Assembly: GCA_035480035.1 (NCBI GenBank)
Contig: DATIID010000001.1
Span: 457,323-521,322 of the forward strand
Direction of reading: 5' to 3'
Origin: Candidatus Saccharimonadales bacterium
GTDB lineage: Bacteria > Patescibacteriota > Saccharimonadia > Saccharimonadales > OMJO01
Length of the DNA stretch: 64,000 nt
Part shown: in pieces, positions 15,799-25,218 of the stretch
Layout of the letters: each line of letters opens with the position of its first letter
How positions within the stretch are numbered: position 1 is the first letter of the stretch
Translations under genes and position numbers: made by a program
The notes under the pieces: model-generated
Told to the model about the DNA's origin: nothing
The model's database searches: none
The model's input: the letters and a program-made list of their open reading frames with translations, nothing else

Positions 15799-16599
15799 CT
15801 AGGCAATTATCTTCTGAATATGGGTGATTGATTTAGCTAACATGGTTTGGTCATCACTTTTGATTAAAACGGCGTTAAATTGAAATGGACCCTCCGTTTC
15901 TAATTGGTTGGGACTAACTTTGCCATCTCGCCAACGATTTATAATCGTTTCAAGTTTAACGCCTAAACTGGAATTCAATGAGCCACACATGCCAACGTCA
16001 GTAATATGTGCTGTGCCATTTGGCAAAACCATAGCGTCGGCTGTTGGCACATGCCAATGATCGCCAATAACAGCCGTGGCACGTCCATCTAAGTAGTAAC
16101 CAATTACTCGCTTTTCACTGCTAAAGTCACCGTGGAAGTTAACGATGGTAGCAATCGATTTAACATGTTTGGTGTCTCCTAGAATTTTATCGATAGTAAT
16201 CAGTGGATTATCAACTGGTTTATCAGCATCACGGCCGACTATTTGACCAAGTAGACTAACAATCAACACCGGACCTTTGAGTGTTTGAAAATACTTGTAG
16301 CCCTTACCGATTGTGCCGATCGGATAATTAGCCGGACGAATCACTGGCCGATCCGGATCATTCAGGTATGTATGGAGTTCGCTACGATGGGTTGTCCAGT
16401 TGCCGCCGGTAAAAAAATCAACGCCAATTGCTTCAAGTCTTTTGAAATCTTTTAGTGATAGACCTTTACCCTCAGTCACATTCTCACCTTGAGCAATTAT
16501 TAACTCAACCTTGTGCTTAGCAACCACCTCTGGCAAAACTCGCCGTACTACTTCAATACCCGGTTCTCCCATAATGTCACCAATGTAAAGGATATTCAT
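15799..16599 (-). CDS. ymdB: YmdB-family metallophosphoesterase (2',3'-cyclic-nucleotide phosphodiesterase-like)
   Basis: The N-terminus MNILYIGDIMGEPG... and the overall length are typical of the YmdB family. It lies in the rny neighbourhood, as in Firmicutes. Confidence 0.75.
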   Translation of the reverse strand: MNILYIGDIMGEPGIEVVRRVLPEVVAKHKVELIIAQGENVTEGKGLSLKDFKRLEAIGVDFFTGGNWTTHRSELHTYLNDPDRPVIRPANYPIGTIGKGYKYFQTLKGPVLIVSLLGQIVGRDADKPVDNPLITIDKILGDTKHVKSIATIVNFHGDFSSEKRVIGYYLDGRATAVIGDHWHVPTADAMVLPNGTAHITDVGMCGSLNSSLGVKLETIINRWRDGKVSPNQLETEGPFQFNAVLIKSDDQTMLAKSITHIQKIIA

Positions 16600-16602
16600 A
16601 TA

Positions 16603-17238
16603 TTACAACTCAAAGCTTTGGCCATCAACGGTCTTAATGAATTTGATTTGGTTGCGGTCAAAGACTGATTCAAACATATCATACGAACCAGACCGTGCTT
16701 GATCGTTCCAGTGCCAATCATGCACTGGGAATATGCTTTTAGGCTTTAGCTTTAAAGCCATATTTGCGGCCTCCAACATCGAACCCCATGGGGCGGTCGC
16801 CGTTAAAGCCAAAATTTCTTTTGACTCTTCTAAATCGTGACGGTCGCCTCCAACTGTCAATTTATCTGCAAAATGAACTGCAATGTTTTCCGGCGCTTCA
16901 CCAAATGGTGCCAATGGGGCGTGACGTTTTGTCGAAAATATCTTTATAAATTCGTTGCCTTCACTGCTGGCATTTTGAATACCATTTTCCGAAAGTTGTT
17001 TAACTACACTTGGCGTGGTGATAATTTGAACGTTGGGGAATTTTTTTACCAGTGCTTGGATCGCTGGTAGATGAAAATGGTCAAAATGTTCATGGGTTAT
17101 GACGATAGCATCAAGTTTGTTTAAGTTATCTATATTTATCAAACCCGAATCCCACGAGAAAGAGCCGGGGTCAAACAACGCTACTTTATCACCTTCCTCG
17201 GCTAATACACAGGCGTGTACAAACTTAGTTAGCCTCAT
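16603..17238 (-). CDS. MBL-fold metallo-hydrolase
   Basis: It carries the HxHxDH motif (ITHEHFDHF) and later His/Asp ligands. Confidence 0.7.
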   Translation of the reverse strand: MRLTKFVHACVLAEEGDKVALFDPGSFSWDSGLINIDNLNKLDAIVITHEHFDHFHLPAIQALVKKFPNVQIITTPSVVKQLSENGIQNASSEGNEFIKIFSTKRHAPLAPFGEAPENIAVHFADKLTVGGDRHDLEESKEILALTATAPWGSMLEAANMALKLKPKSIFPVHDWHWNDQARSGSYDMFESVFDRNQIKFIKTVDGQSFEL

Positions 17239-17831
17239 ATTTTTCTCCTTTCTTCAATCCACTTAGGGGTGGCTGTGAAAGTTATTTTACTCATATGATC
17301 AACCTCTTCTTCAGTTAAATCATACACAGCTTGGTACGCGACTTCGACACTTCCATGAACTGCCTTAGAAAAATCTAAGTCTAATTTAGCAGCAACTTTC
17401 TTGAGCGCAGCTTCATTTTTTGCTTCTAGTTCGACAAACGGTGGAATCCATGGCCACTCATCAAGTTCAATTTCAACGTCATCTAAAATCCAGCTTTCAC
17501 GCTTGGTTTCCTGATAGGACGTTTCTTTTAAGCCCAGAGCCTTTAAAAACTCTTCAGCACTGTTAAAGCTATCAATTGTCAAGTTAACTTCTTTTGTCCC
17601 ATGCAAACTGCGATCATTAAGCTGCTTGTACGTCAGTGTAATTTTGTTGCCTTCATCCCGCACCCTGACCCAGCCAGCCACTTGCCGTTCCAGTTGATGG
17701 TCTGGAAAATCAAAATTTTTACGCTTCATTAACCGTTCCGACTTGACCAGTTTGGCGTTCAAAACCTTTAATTTAGAACGCAATTTTGCGAAATCAATAT
17801 TTAAAAATTTTGCTTCAATCTCCGTCTGCAT
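17235..17831 (-). CDS. CYTH-domain protein (CyaB-type cyclase / triphosphatase family)
   Basis: It has the N-terminal ExExK signature (TEIEAKF) and a length of ~200 aa. Confidence 0.65.
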   Translation of the reverse strand: MQTEIEAKFLNIDFAKLRSKLKVLNAKLVKSERLMKRKNFDFPDHQLERQVAGWVRVRDEGNKITLTYKQLNDRSLHGTKEVNLTIDSFNSAEEFLKALGLKETSYQETKRESWILDDVEIELDEWPWIPPFVELEAKNEAALKKVAAKLDLDFSKAVHGSVEVAYQAVYDLTEEEVDHMSKITFTATPKWIEERRKI

Positions 17832-17848
17832 AACTCTATTGTAACTGA

Positions 17849-18013
17849 TTAGAGCTGGAGATTCTTGTTTTTAGAAACTTGCCCGCCTACACCAAAGGCT
17901 GCACCTAGCAAACCGATAATTAAACCAACTATCAATCGACCAAAAATTAATACAATGGTCCCAATTAAAACTAATACGGCAGCGACAATGAAAAACAATT
18001 TCCAGAATTGCAT
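17849..18013 (-). CDS. small two-TM membrane protein (54 aa)
   Basis: MQFWKLFFIVAAVLVLIGTIVLIFGRLIVGLIIGLLGAAFGVGG. The longer ORF-track form (to 18157) overlaps the rny 3' end and is rejected. Confidence 0.45.
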   Translation of the reverse strand: MQFWKLFFIVAAVLVLIGTIVLIFGRLIVGLIIGLLGAAFGVGGQVSKNKNLQL

Positions 18014-18059
18014 CGGGTTTGGGTCTTCAACTTTGTCTGGTTTGTTTGGCACGACTGAC

Positions 18060-19574
18060 CTACTTGGCAAACTCGATGGCTCGGGTTTCACGAATAACGT
18101 TAACCTTGATGGTACCAGGGTATTGCATGGTTGATTCAATCTTTGTCGCAATATCACGGGCTAGTTTAATAGCACTCAAATCATCGATATCCTGTGGTCT
18201 AACAAATACCCGGACTTCACGACCGGCACTAATGGCGTAGGATTTTTCAATACCCGGAAAACCGTTGGCTACATTTTCCAGATCTTTCATGCGCTCAGCG
18301 AAATTCTCGGCGCTGATATTACGTGCGCCAGGACGCGATGCGCTGATGGCATCAACAACCCGAACAATCAAAGCTTCAGTAGTAGTTGCTTCCATATCGT
18401 CGTGGTGGGCTTCGGCAGCATGAGCAACCTCTTCAGGAGCACCGTATTTACGAAGCATTTCACCACTAATGTGGTGGTGCTTACCTTCAATCTTATGGGT
18501 TAATGCTTTGCCTAGATCGTGAACTAGGGCGGCATACTTAGCGGTCTTAACATTGGCACCCACTTCTTCGGCGATGATGCCTGCAATGTGCGCCATTTCA
18601 GTACTGTGTTTCAAAACATTTTGGCCATAACTAGTTCGGTACTTTAATTCACCAAGAAGTTGCAAAATTTCGCGTGGGATACCAATGATACCAACTTCGC
18701 GAGCAGCATCTTCACCAGCACGCATGACATCTTTTTGGACATTGGCTTGAGCTTTCTCAACTATTTCTTCAATTCGGCCGGGATGAACGCGGCCATCTTT
18801 GAGTAGCATCTCGAGGGCTTGACGAGCAACTTCACGGCGAACTGGATCAAAGCTGCTCAGAATGATCATACCAGGTGTTTCATCAACCATAATGTCGACG
18901 CCAGTCGCTCGTTGCAGAGCTTGAATGTTACGACCTTCCTTGCCGATAATCCGGCCTTTCATTTCCTCGTCTTCCAATTTAACTGAAGTAACTGTACGTT
19001 CGGCGGTGACTTCACTGGACATGCGCTCCATGGCACCAACAAGGATGGAACCGGCCTGTTCTTCGGCTTGATCTCTGGCTTCGTCTTGAAGTTTAGCGAT
19101 CAGGCCGGTCAGATCGCCGCGAATATCGCGTTCGGTCATGGTCATTAATTTTTCAGCCGCTTCGGCTTTAGTCAGCTTGGCGATTTTCTCTAACTTGTCT
19201 TGCTGTTTTTTGCGAATGTCGCGAATTTCATCTTTAAGCTGTTCGATTTCAGTTTCGCCAGTCCGAAGTTTCTCAGACCGTTTATCAATGTCATCGAGCT
19301 TTTTATCAAAAGCTATTTCACGGTCAACTAAGCGTTGCTCGATTTCTTTAAGTTCTTTACGCCGGGTCTGTTCCTCTCGGCGAGTCTTGTCAACATCGGC
19401 ATCGGCTTTTTCCCGAGCTTCATCAACTAATTTTGTGGCTTCTTTTTTGGCTCTTGTTAGTTCTTTATTGGCGGCATCTTGAACTGAGCCTAATTTCTTA
19501 CGCGTGACTACCGTATTGGCACCAAAGCCAACACCAATACCAACCAACGCCAGTACAATGGTAATTGGATCCAT
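18060..19574 (-). CDS. rny: ribonuclease Y
   Basis: It has an N-terminal TM, a long charged coiled coil, a KH domain (GKEGRNIQAL) and an HD domain (LVHDLGK). Confidence 0.93.
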   Translation of the reverse strand: MDPITIVLALVGIGVGFGANTVVTRKKLGSVQDAANKELTRAKKEATKLVDEAREKADADVDKTRREEQTRRKELKEIEQRLVDREIAFDKKLDDIDKRSEKLRTGETEIEQLKDEIRDIRKKQQDKLEKIAKLTKAEAAEKLMTMTERDIRGDLTGLIAKLQDEARDQAEEQAGSILVGAMERMSSEVTAERTVTSVKLEDEEMKGRIIGKEGRNIQALQRATGVDIMVDETPGMIILSSFDPVRREVARQALEMLLKDGRVHPGRIEEIVEKAQANVQKDVMRAGEDAAREVGIIGIPREILQLLGELKYRTSYGQNVLKHSTEMAHIAGIIAEEVGANVKTAKYAALVHDLGKALTHKIEGKHHHISGEMLRKYGAPEEVAHAAEAHHDDMEATTTEALIVRVVDAISASRPGARNISAENFAERMKDLENVANGFPGIEKSYAISAGREVRVFVRPQDIDDLSAIKLARDIATKIESTMQYPGTIKVNVIRETRAIEFAK

Positions 19575-19756
19575 ATTTATCCCCTTAACAATCCTAAGAT
19601 AAGCCAGCAGACATCACTATCACTTCATTAGTCCACGCTTTTCTTAGATATTCAAAATTGATAGAAAAACACTTTCGGACGTTGCTCTCAAACTAGCGCA
19701 TGCATCCTTGTCTAATAACTATACGCTTTTGGTCTCGGCTCGGTCAACCAACTAAT

Positions 19757-20149
19757 TTAGGATTTTGGTAAGGTGATGTGGACTGGTGAACCATAATCCG
19801 GTACCACTAATTTTTCATTTTGGCCATCTAGAAGTGCTTGAATTCCACGCTCTTGCCAATCATTATTTTGGGCGCCAATTATTGGAACACTGAGTGATTC
19901 AGCCAAAGCATTAGCAACTGTTAGGCCAATTCTTAGCCCAGTAAAACTGCCTGGGCCCTTAAAGCAAATAATACCTTCAATATCCGACCAGTCTTTTTTT
20001 TGATTTGTTAGTAAGTCATAAATTTTAGTGTGTAGAGTTTCGGCTAGCTGGCGATGAGCGGTCCAAATCTCATATTTTAATTTGGTTTCGTCCACGTAAA
20101 GACCAATTTCGGCTTCGGGTTTGTCGGTGCGTATTGTTAGTATTAACAT
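19757..20149 (-). CDS. tsaB: tRNA t6A protein TsaB, short form (N-terminal domain only)
   Basis: It has GPGSFTGLRIGLTVANALA and is 130 aa, against ~230 aa for typical TsaB. Confidence 0.75.
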   Translation of the reverse strand: MLILTIRTDKPEAEIGLYVDETKLKYEIWTAHRQLAETLHTKIYDLLTNQKKDWSDIEGIICFKGPGSFTGLRIGLTVANALAESLSVPIIGAQNNDWQERGIQALLDGQNEKLVVPDYGSPVHITLPKS

Positions 20150-20619
20150 TATTTTTCGACCAGATAACTTAGTTGCTTAGGATAATTATATTTGAACTCT
20201 CGACGGTTTTTGTCTAGGACTTTGATGTTAATGGTTAGTCGTTTATTAGGCAAAACATTTTTGACAATGCCAGCCCATTCTATGATGATACTTACGTCTG
20301 AATCATTTAACCAATCAGTTAATTCATTGGCCATTAAGCCAGCGCTAGCCAAACGATAAAAATCAAAGTGAACTAATTTAGATGGCTTATGACCTTTGGC
20401 TGTATATTCGTGGCTGATTGTAAAGCTGGGGCTGGAGACTTTATCTCTACTGCCCATACCTTTGGCTAAACCGCGCACAAAGGTCGTCTTGCCGCCACCT
20501 AGATCACTGATTAGTTCAATAACTTCACCGCCCCGTAGTTTGGAGCCCAGACGTTCGCCGAGTTTTTCGGTAACGTCGGAACTGGTAGAGACGGTTCGCA
20601 ATGTCATGTCGGTATTCAT
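20149..20619 (-). CDS. tsaE: tRNA t6A ATPase TsaE
   Basis: It has the SDLGGGKTTF P-loop, SPSFTI and HFDFYRL. The start is ambiguous (ATG 20628, 20619 or 20607), and every option overlaps the upstream gene's 3' end. Confidence 0.8.
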   Translation of the reverse strand: MNTDMTLRTVSTSSDVTEKLGERLGSKLRGGEVIELISDLGGGKTTFVRGLAKGMGSRDKVSSPSFTISHEYTAKGHKPSKLVHFDFYRLASAGLMANELTDWLNDSDVSIIIEWAGIVKNVLPNKRLTINIKVLDKNRREFKYNYPKQLSYLVEK

Positions 20620-22741
20620 ATGCTGCATATCCTACCGCGAGCACCCCAACACCAGCAAGTATATTAGTATGTAGTGAACCAGGTATTAAAGGCGTGTTGT
20701 CATTACTTGATCCAATAGCGGCATTAGTTTTGGACTTAGTCGATTTCGGTTTTTTAGCAGCTTTCTTTTTAGTAGTTTTCTTTTTAGTTTTGGTTGATTT
20801 TTTATTAGACTTGGTCGACCCCGATGATACCGTTGGCTGAGTATAAACGTTGGTTGCTCCAGCTGTCGGTGAGCCAGTCCATTGCCAAGTACCATCAATT
20901 TTTGCCCAAGCTTCACCTTCTGGCGCATCACTATATGGATCCGTTTGGCTTATGACCGTACCATTTGAATCGATTAGTCTCGCTTGGCCGCTGGCATTAG
21001 CCAATGACAAATTAGTATCACCACTAGTTAAAACCAAATACTCACCAGCTGGGATTGATTGGTTTTGTATGGTGTAACTATAGCTGTAACTCGAGCCAGT
21101 TTGGACTTTATAACCAGTTAGGTCTAGATTGCTCGATGATGGATTGTACAGCTCAACATATTCATTAATTTCATCAGTTTGCGGCGATGCTGGGTTTGGT
21201 AATAACTCACTAATAATCACTGGCGAAGTGGTATTAGGAGAATCAGTCGGTTGATTATTATCATTATCTGGTACCGGAAACTCGGTTGGTTGTGGTGTAC
21301 CAGTATCAGTGGCGACTGCACTATTATCAAGTTCCGGTGTCGGCGTAGCCAACCAACGCCAACCACCATCAAAGCGTGCCCAACTCTGGCCTTCAGGCGC
21401 GTCTTGATATTGAAAAGTTTGAAGCGGCACAAAAACGCCATTGTTGTCAAAACGACCCCAGCTGACAGTACTAACGCCACTGTTTTTTAGCGACAAGCTA
21501 TGAATTGAAGTACTATCACTGAAATCATAATAAACACTATATTGATTTGGACTCAAAAATTCATCAGATCCAAATTTGTACTGGGTGCCATTAACAACCA
21601 CGCCACAATAGCCCAGGAAGGCAGGTTGATCAGTGGTTGTGGTCAGTTCAAGCCATTCGTTACCTGTATCGTCGCCAACCGGATTAGGTATAATCTCGTC
21701 AATAACTGCGTCAGTACAAGCGTCAGACGGTACCAACAGCGGATTACTGCTAGCAATGCTTGGTACTGTTTGTAATTTGTTAGCTGAGCCTAAGGTCACT
21801 GCATAAGTGGCCTTCCAGCTGCTTGAAAATTTAGAGTAGGTCTGGTCAGCCAACAAAACTGGTTGGGTAACTAAACTGTTGATAATTGGTAGTGTTACAT
21901 TACCATAATCGCTAGCGGGCCAGAATTCTAGGGTATTAGCAAAGTCGGCGTTCAGTGGCACGGGGATGATATCTGACAATACATCCACGACGTTTTCAAT
22001 AACTCCAAGTGGTTGGTCGGTTTGTAGATCGCCAGTAGCTAGGGCAAATAAACTGCTGTTGATTAAGATTGGACAGTCGGTTGCTAGATTGGCGCCAGTG
22101 GCTTTCACTATTTCTAGTGCCGGAGTTATGTCACCACCATTGCCATTAATCAACATAGGTTGAATTTCGTTTAGTGATAGGCCATTACATGGGTGAGCGG
22201 AAACCTCAAAATCATTGCTGTTAATGTCACTGTCTAAAAATAGACCGTAATTATCTTGTTTTCGAACTAATGATGAACCTTTAGGGTGAGCAGGTGCGGT
22301 TGTACCTGTAAAAGTTGAGTCGGTGATAATGCCCCAACTAATCTCATCTAATATGATTGCTCCTTTAATTAAACGCAAAGTGCCGCCTTGGTCTGCTAGG
22401 GCTAAACCAGTCGGGAAACCACTAAGACTAGGGTTGGCAGACTTTAAACTGTCGGACACGAACGATAACGTATTATGAGCAGGCAGATTGCCAAACAAAT
22501 TAATAATTTTGGAATTAGGCGTACCACTAGCTGTCCAATATTTAATGATTACGCCGCTAAGGTCATAGTTATTATCGGTATTGTTAGCGACGATAATGTA
22601 ATCCTCGCCAGTACTATTAAAACCTTGAGTTTGCACATCGACGATACACAAACTACAAGTCGGTGAAATTGAGTAAGCTTTTAATGGCAAAACGATTAGC
22701 AGAGCTGTCACCACCCAGGTGAGTAGCACTAATCGCCTCAT
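20525..22741 (-). CDS. secreted, C-terminally membrane-anchored protein with three lamin-tail-domain (LTD) repeats and a Lys-rich juxtamembrane tract
   Basis: It has a signal peptide (MRRLVLLTWVVTALLIVLPLKAYS) and LTD signatures IDEIIPNPVGDDTGNEWLEL and ISELLPNPASPQTDEINEYVELYNPSSSNLDLTGYKV, plus a degenerate first copy. These are followed by KSNKKSTKTKKKTTKKKAAKKPKSTKSK, a TM and a basic tail. Confidence 0.75.
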   Translation of the reverse strand: MRRLVLLTWVVTALLIVLPLKAYSISPTCSLCIVDVQTQGFNSTGEDYIIVANNTDNNYDLSGVIIKYWTASGTPNSKIINLFGNLPAHNTLSFVSDSLKSANPSLSGFPTGLALADQGGTLRLIKGAIILDEISWGIITDSTFTGTTAPAHPKGSSLVRKQDNYGLFLDSDINSNDFEVSAHPCNGLSLNEIQPMLINGNGGDITPALEIVKATGANLATDCPILINSSLFALATGDLQTDQPLGVIENVVDVLSDIIPVPLNADFANTLEFWPASDYGNVTLPIINSLVTQPVLLADQTYSKFSSSWKATYAVTLGSANKLQTVPSIASSNPLLVPSDACTDAVIDEIIPNPVGDDTGNEWLELTTTTDQPAFLGYCGVVVNGTQYKFGSDEFLSPNQYSVYYDFSDSTSIHSLSLKNSGVSTVSWGRFDNNGVFVPLQTFQYQDAPEGQSWARFDGGWRWLATPTPELDNSAVATDTGTPQPTEFPVPDNDNNQPTDSPNTTSPVIISELLPNPASPQTDEINEYVELYNPSSSNLDLTGYKVQTGSSYSYSYTIQNQSIPAGEYLVLTSGDTNLSLANASGQARLIDSNGTVISQTDPYSDAPEGEAWAKIDGTWQWTGSPTAGATNVYTQPTVSSGSTKSNKKSTKTKKKTTKKKAAKKPKSTKSKTNAAIGSSNDNTPLIPGSLHTNILAGVGVLAVGYAAYEYRHDIANRLYQFRRYRKTRRTSGLQTTGR

Positions 22742-22820
22742 GGTGAAAGTTATTGTACAACTCGAAAATGCTAACCTTTTAAGTTATCCACAGCTTTTTT
22801 TAGGTTATAATAAATCCAAT

Positions 22821-23336
22821 ATGTTGCAGCTTGGTGGATCACTGGTTAATAAGGCAGTTCTTAGTCTGCGTACTAGTACGAAAGTTGGCGAAACGGTCAA
22901 TCCAATATTTAATCCCAATAATTTAAAAATTGAGGGATTTTATGTAAAAACCAACGCGAGTAAAGACAATTTGATTTTGGTCAGTCAGGACATCCGGGAA
23001 AATAGCCTGCAAGGTTTTATTATTAATGACCAGGAAGTGCTGGTTGAGCCCGAAGAATTGGTTCGATTAAAAGAAATTTTGAAACTAGATTTTCACCTAC
23101 TAAACATGCCGGTCGTAACCGTTGGTAAAGTGAAATTAGGTAAGGTCAATGACTACGCCACCGAAAGTGAGACTTTATACGTCCAGAAACTTTATGTCGG
23201 CCAATCGCTGCTGAAGAGTTTTAGCGGTGGTCAGTTGAGTATTGACCGCGACCAAATTATTGAAATTACCAACAAAAAAATTGTCGTTCAGGATATTTTG
23301 CAAGGTGAAAAAGCCGGCGCCATCGCTCCAGCCTAA
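22821..23336 (+). CDS. tandem PRC-barrel-like protein
   Basis: Two repeats resemble YlmC/YmxH PRC barrels (KAVLSLRTSTKVGETV..., NMPVVTVGKVKLGKVND...). ATG 22821 lies 9 nt after TATAAT; the ORF-track start 22719 overlaps the LTD gene. Confidence 0.5.
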   Translation: MLQLGGSLVNKAVLSLRTSTKVGETVNPIFNPNNLKIEGFYVKTNASKDNLILVSQDIRENSLQGFIINDQEVLVEPEELVRLKEILKLDFHLLNMPVVTVGKVKLGKVNDYATESETLYVQKLYVGQSLLKSFSGGQLSIDRDQIIEITNKKIVVQDILQGEKAGAIAPA

Positions 23337-23935
23337 TCTTCGGAGTTCATCACTGATTTAATATCGTCGTAGCTATAGCCTTGGCGGGCTAAGTATTGCA
23401 TTAGCTTAGTGTCGTCACGATATTTGGTTTGCCGGCGTTTTCGTTCGATTAAATCTTTCAAAGTTTCGCGGTCGGTTGTTTCGTCTTCGGCTAAAACTTG
23501 ATCGATTGTTTCGCTAGAAATCCCCTTTTGGCGTAACTCTTGGATTAGTCGCCGTTTGCTGATCGGCTTGAGTAGCCGACGGTTTTCGACCCAGCGATGA
23601 GCAAAATCATTATCATCAAGAAGTTTATGGTCTTTTAATTTGTTAATTATCGACGCACTGTTGTCTTCGTCGTGTTTTTTGCGCCTCAGATAATCGCGTA
23701 GTTCTTTTTCACTACGCGGACGCCTGGCGACCAAGTTCAAAGCTAGCCCGTAGATTTTGTCCAATTTAGATCTTTCTTTAAACTTATCCAATTCGCCTTT
23801 TGTAAGTTCTTGTCCAGTATGAACGCCACTGGCAATCAATTCGCTTTCACCTAAACTAAACGAATACTTGTCATCAACAAAAATCGAAAAGCGATCGAGT
23901 CGTTTAACTTGTTGCTTGATCGCTGTGATTTTCAT
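23333..23935 (-). CDS. recX: recombination regulator RecX
   Basis: It shows RecX three-helix repeats (ALNLVARRPRSEKELRDYLRRK..., DDNDFAHRWVENR) and lies downstream of recA. Confidence 0.85.
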   Translation of the reverse strand: MKITAIKQQVKRLDRFSIFVDDKYSFSLGESELIASGVHTGQELTKGELDKFKERSKLDKIYGLALNLVARRPRSEKELRDYLRRKKHDEDNSASIINKLKDHKLLDDNDFAHRWVENRRLLKPISKRRLIQELRQKGISSETIDQVLAEDETTDRETLKDLIERKRRQTKYRDDTKLMQYLARQGYSYDDIKSVMNSED

Positions 23936-24110
23936 TGCTTGATTCGTCACGATCAAGAGCGCGGTCAAGAATTACATGCGCCGCAGCTCTAACTACTTCT
24001 GGTGAAGCTTTAATTTCACGAAGAGATTGTATAAGGACATTTTCTTCTATAGTGTGCGCCAACTGGTCAAGTGTTTCTGTAGGCATGGGTGTACTCGATT
24101 GCTCTGCCAT
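23904..24110 (-). CDS. 68-aa acidic hypothetical protein between recA and recX
   Basis: The ATG is 2 nt after the recA stop, and the last recA codons (GCC AAG GAG GAC TAA) supply an AAGGAGG SD. It overlaps the recX start by 32 nt. Confidence 0.55.
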   Translation of the reverse strand: MAEQSSTPMPTETLDQLAHTIEENVLIQSLREIKASPEVVRAAAHVILDRALDRDESSNENHSDQATS

Positions 24111-24112
24111 GT

Positions 24113-25159
24113 TTAGTCCTCCTTGGCTGCAGTTGTGGCTCGGACTTTTTTAGCAACTTCGTCTAAAACTTTAGGATTCTCTTCCAGGTATTTTTTGGCG
24201 GCTTCGCGGCCTTGGGCAATTTTTTCATCGTTATAGCTAAACCAAGCGCCGGATTTTTCGACGATTCCTTCAGCCGTTGCTAGATCTAATACATCGCCAC
24301 TTTTACTGATACCTTCGTTGTACATAATGTCGAATTCAGCTTGGCGGAAAGGTGGTGCAACTTTATTTTTGACAACCTTGACCCGCGTACGGTTGCCAAC
24401 GACATCTTCACCCTGTTTAATTTGACCGATCCGACGAATATCCATTCGTATCGAGGAGTAAAACTTCAGAGCATTCCCACCGGTAGTAGTTTCCGGATTG
24501 CCAAACATCACACCAATTTTCATGCGGATTTGATTAATAAATACCACAGTGGCCTTACTACGACTAATAACACCAGTCAGTTTCCTCAAAGCTTGGCTCA
24601 TTAGACGAGCCTGAAGGCCGGGCAAACTATCGCCCATATCACCTTCGATTTCAGCGCGGGGCACAAGGGCAGCAACCGAGTCGACGACAATAATATCAAC
24701 CGCGTTGGAACGTACTAAAGTCTCGACAATTTCGAGCGCCTGTTCACCGTTATCCGGCTGTGATAGCAGCAAATTAGCGGTATCAACACCAATGCGCTGA
24801 GCGTACTGCGGATCTAAGGCATGCTCAGCATCTATAAAAGCGGCGGTGCCACCGCTACGTTGAACTTCGGCGATAGCGTGAAGTGTCAGTGTTGTTTTAC
24901 CTGAGCTTTCCGGTCCATAAATCTCAACAACTCGACCACGCGGCAATCCTCCACCGAGTGCTATATCCAGGCTTAGTGCGCCGGTTGAGGTTGTTTCGAT
25001 ATCAACTTTATGGGCTTCACCTAACTTCATAATCGCGCCCTTGCCAAACTGTTTTTCAATGTTTTCCAAAGCAAGACCGAGAGCCTTTGACTTACCGGCT
25101 GATTGATCGCTTGCAGTTGTATCTTTAGTCGTCTGTTTTGAATCTTTTTTTGCAGCCAT
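24113..25159 (-). CDS. recA: recombinase RecA
   Basis: It has the [11 protein letters not shown]-loop and full-length RecA similarity, with a GGAGGAG SD. Confidence 0.97.
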   Translation of the reverse strand: MAAKKDSKQTTKDTTASDQSAGKSKALGLALENIEKQFGKGAIMKLGEAHKVDIETTSTGALSLDIALGGGLPRGRVVEIYGPESSGKTTLTLHAIAEVQRSGGTAAFIDAEHALDPQYAQRIGVDTANLLLSQPDNGEQALEIVETLVRSNAVDIIVVDSVAALVPRAEIEGDMGDSLPGLQARLMSQALRKLTGVISRSKATVVFINQIRMKIGVMFGNPETTTGGNALKFYSSIRMDIRRIGQIKQGEDVVGNRTRVKVVKNKVAPPFRQAEFDIMYNEGISKSGDVLDLATAEGIVEKSGAWFSYNDEKIAQGREAAKKYLEENPKVLDEVAKKVRATTAAKED

Positions 25160-25218
25160 GTCGATTCTCCTCCCCAGCCCTTATAAATCCCACGTAAGCC
25201 TCAGTATAGCAAAACATT

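Noticed and set aside
15476-15806. Two minus-strand ORFs (76 aa and 72 aa) covering tRNA-Pro(TGG) and the intergenic repeat
   Set aside because: They read straight through a clear tRNA cloverleaf and the hairpin element. They have no SD, and the region is better explained as RNA features.
17849-18157. 102-aa form of the small membrane protein overlapping the rny 3' end by 98 nt
   Set aside because: The upstream half is Pro/Ser-rich with no features. An internal ATG at 18013 gives a clean two-TM protein without overlap.
19138-19482. 114-aa Ser-rich plus-strand ORF
   Set aside because: It is the mirror of the Glu/Lys/Arg-rich coiled-coil region of rny. Its composition is an artefact of the complementary codons.
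20690-20800. Apparent DNA low-complexity repeat (ttttttagcagctttctttttagtagttttcttttt...)
   Set aside because: It is the coding sequence of the poly-Lys/Thr tract of the LTD protein read on the opposite strand, not an independent repeat element.
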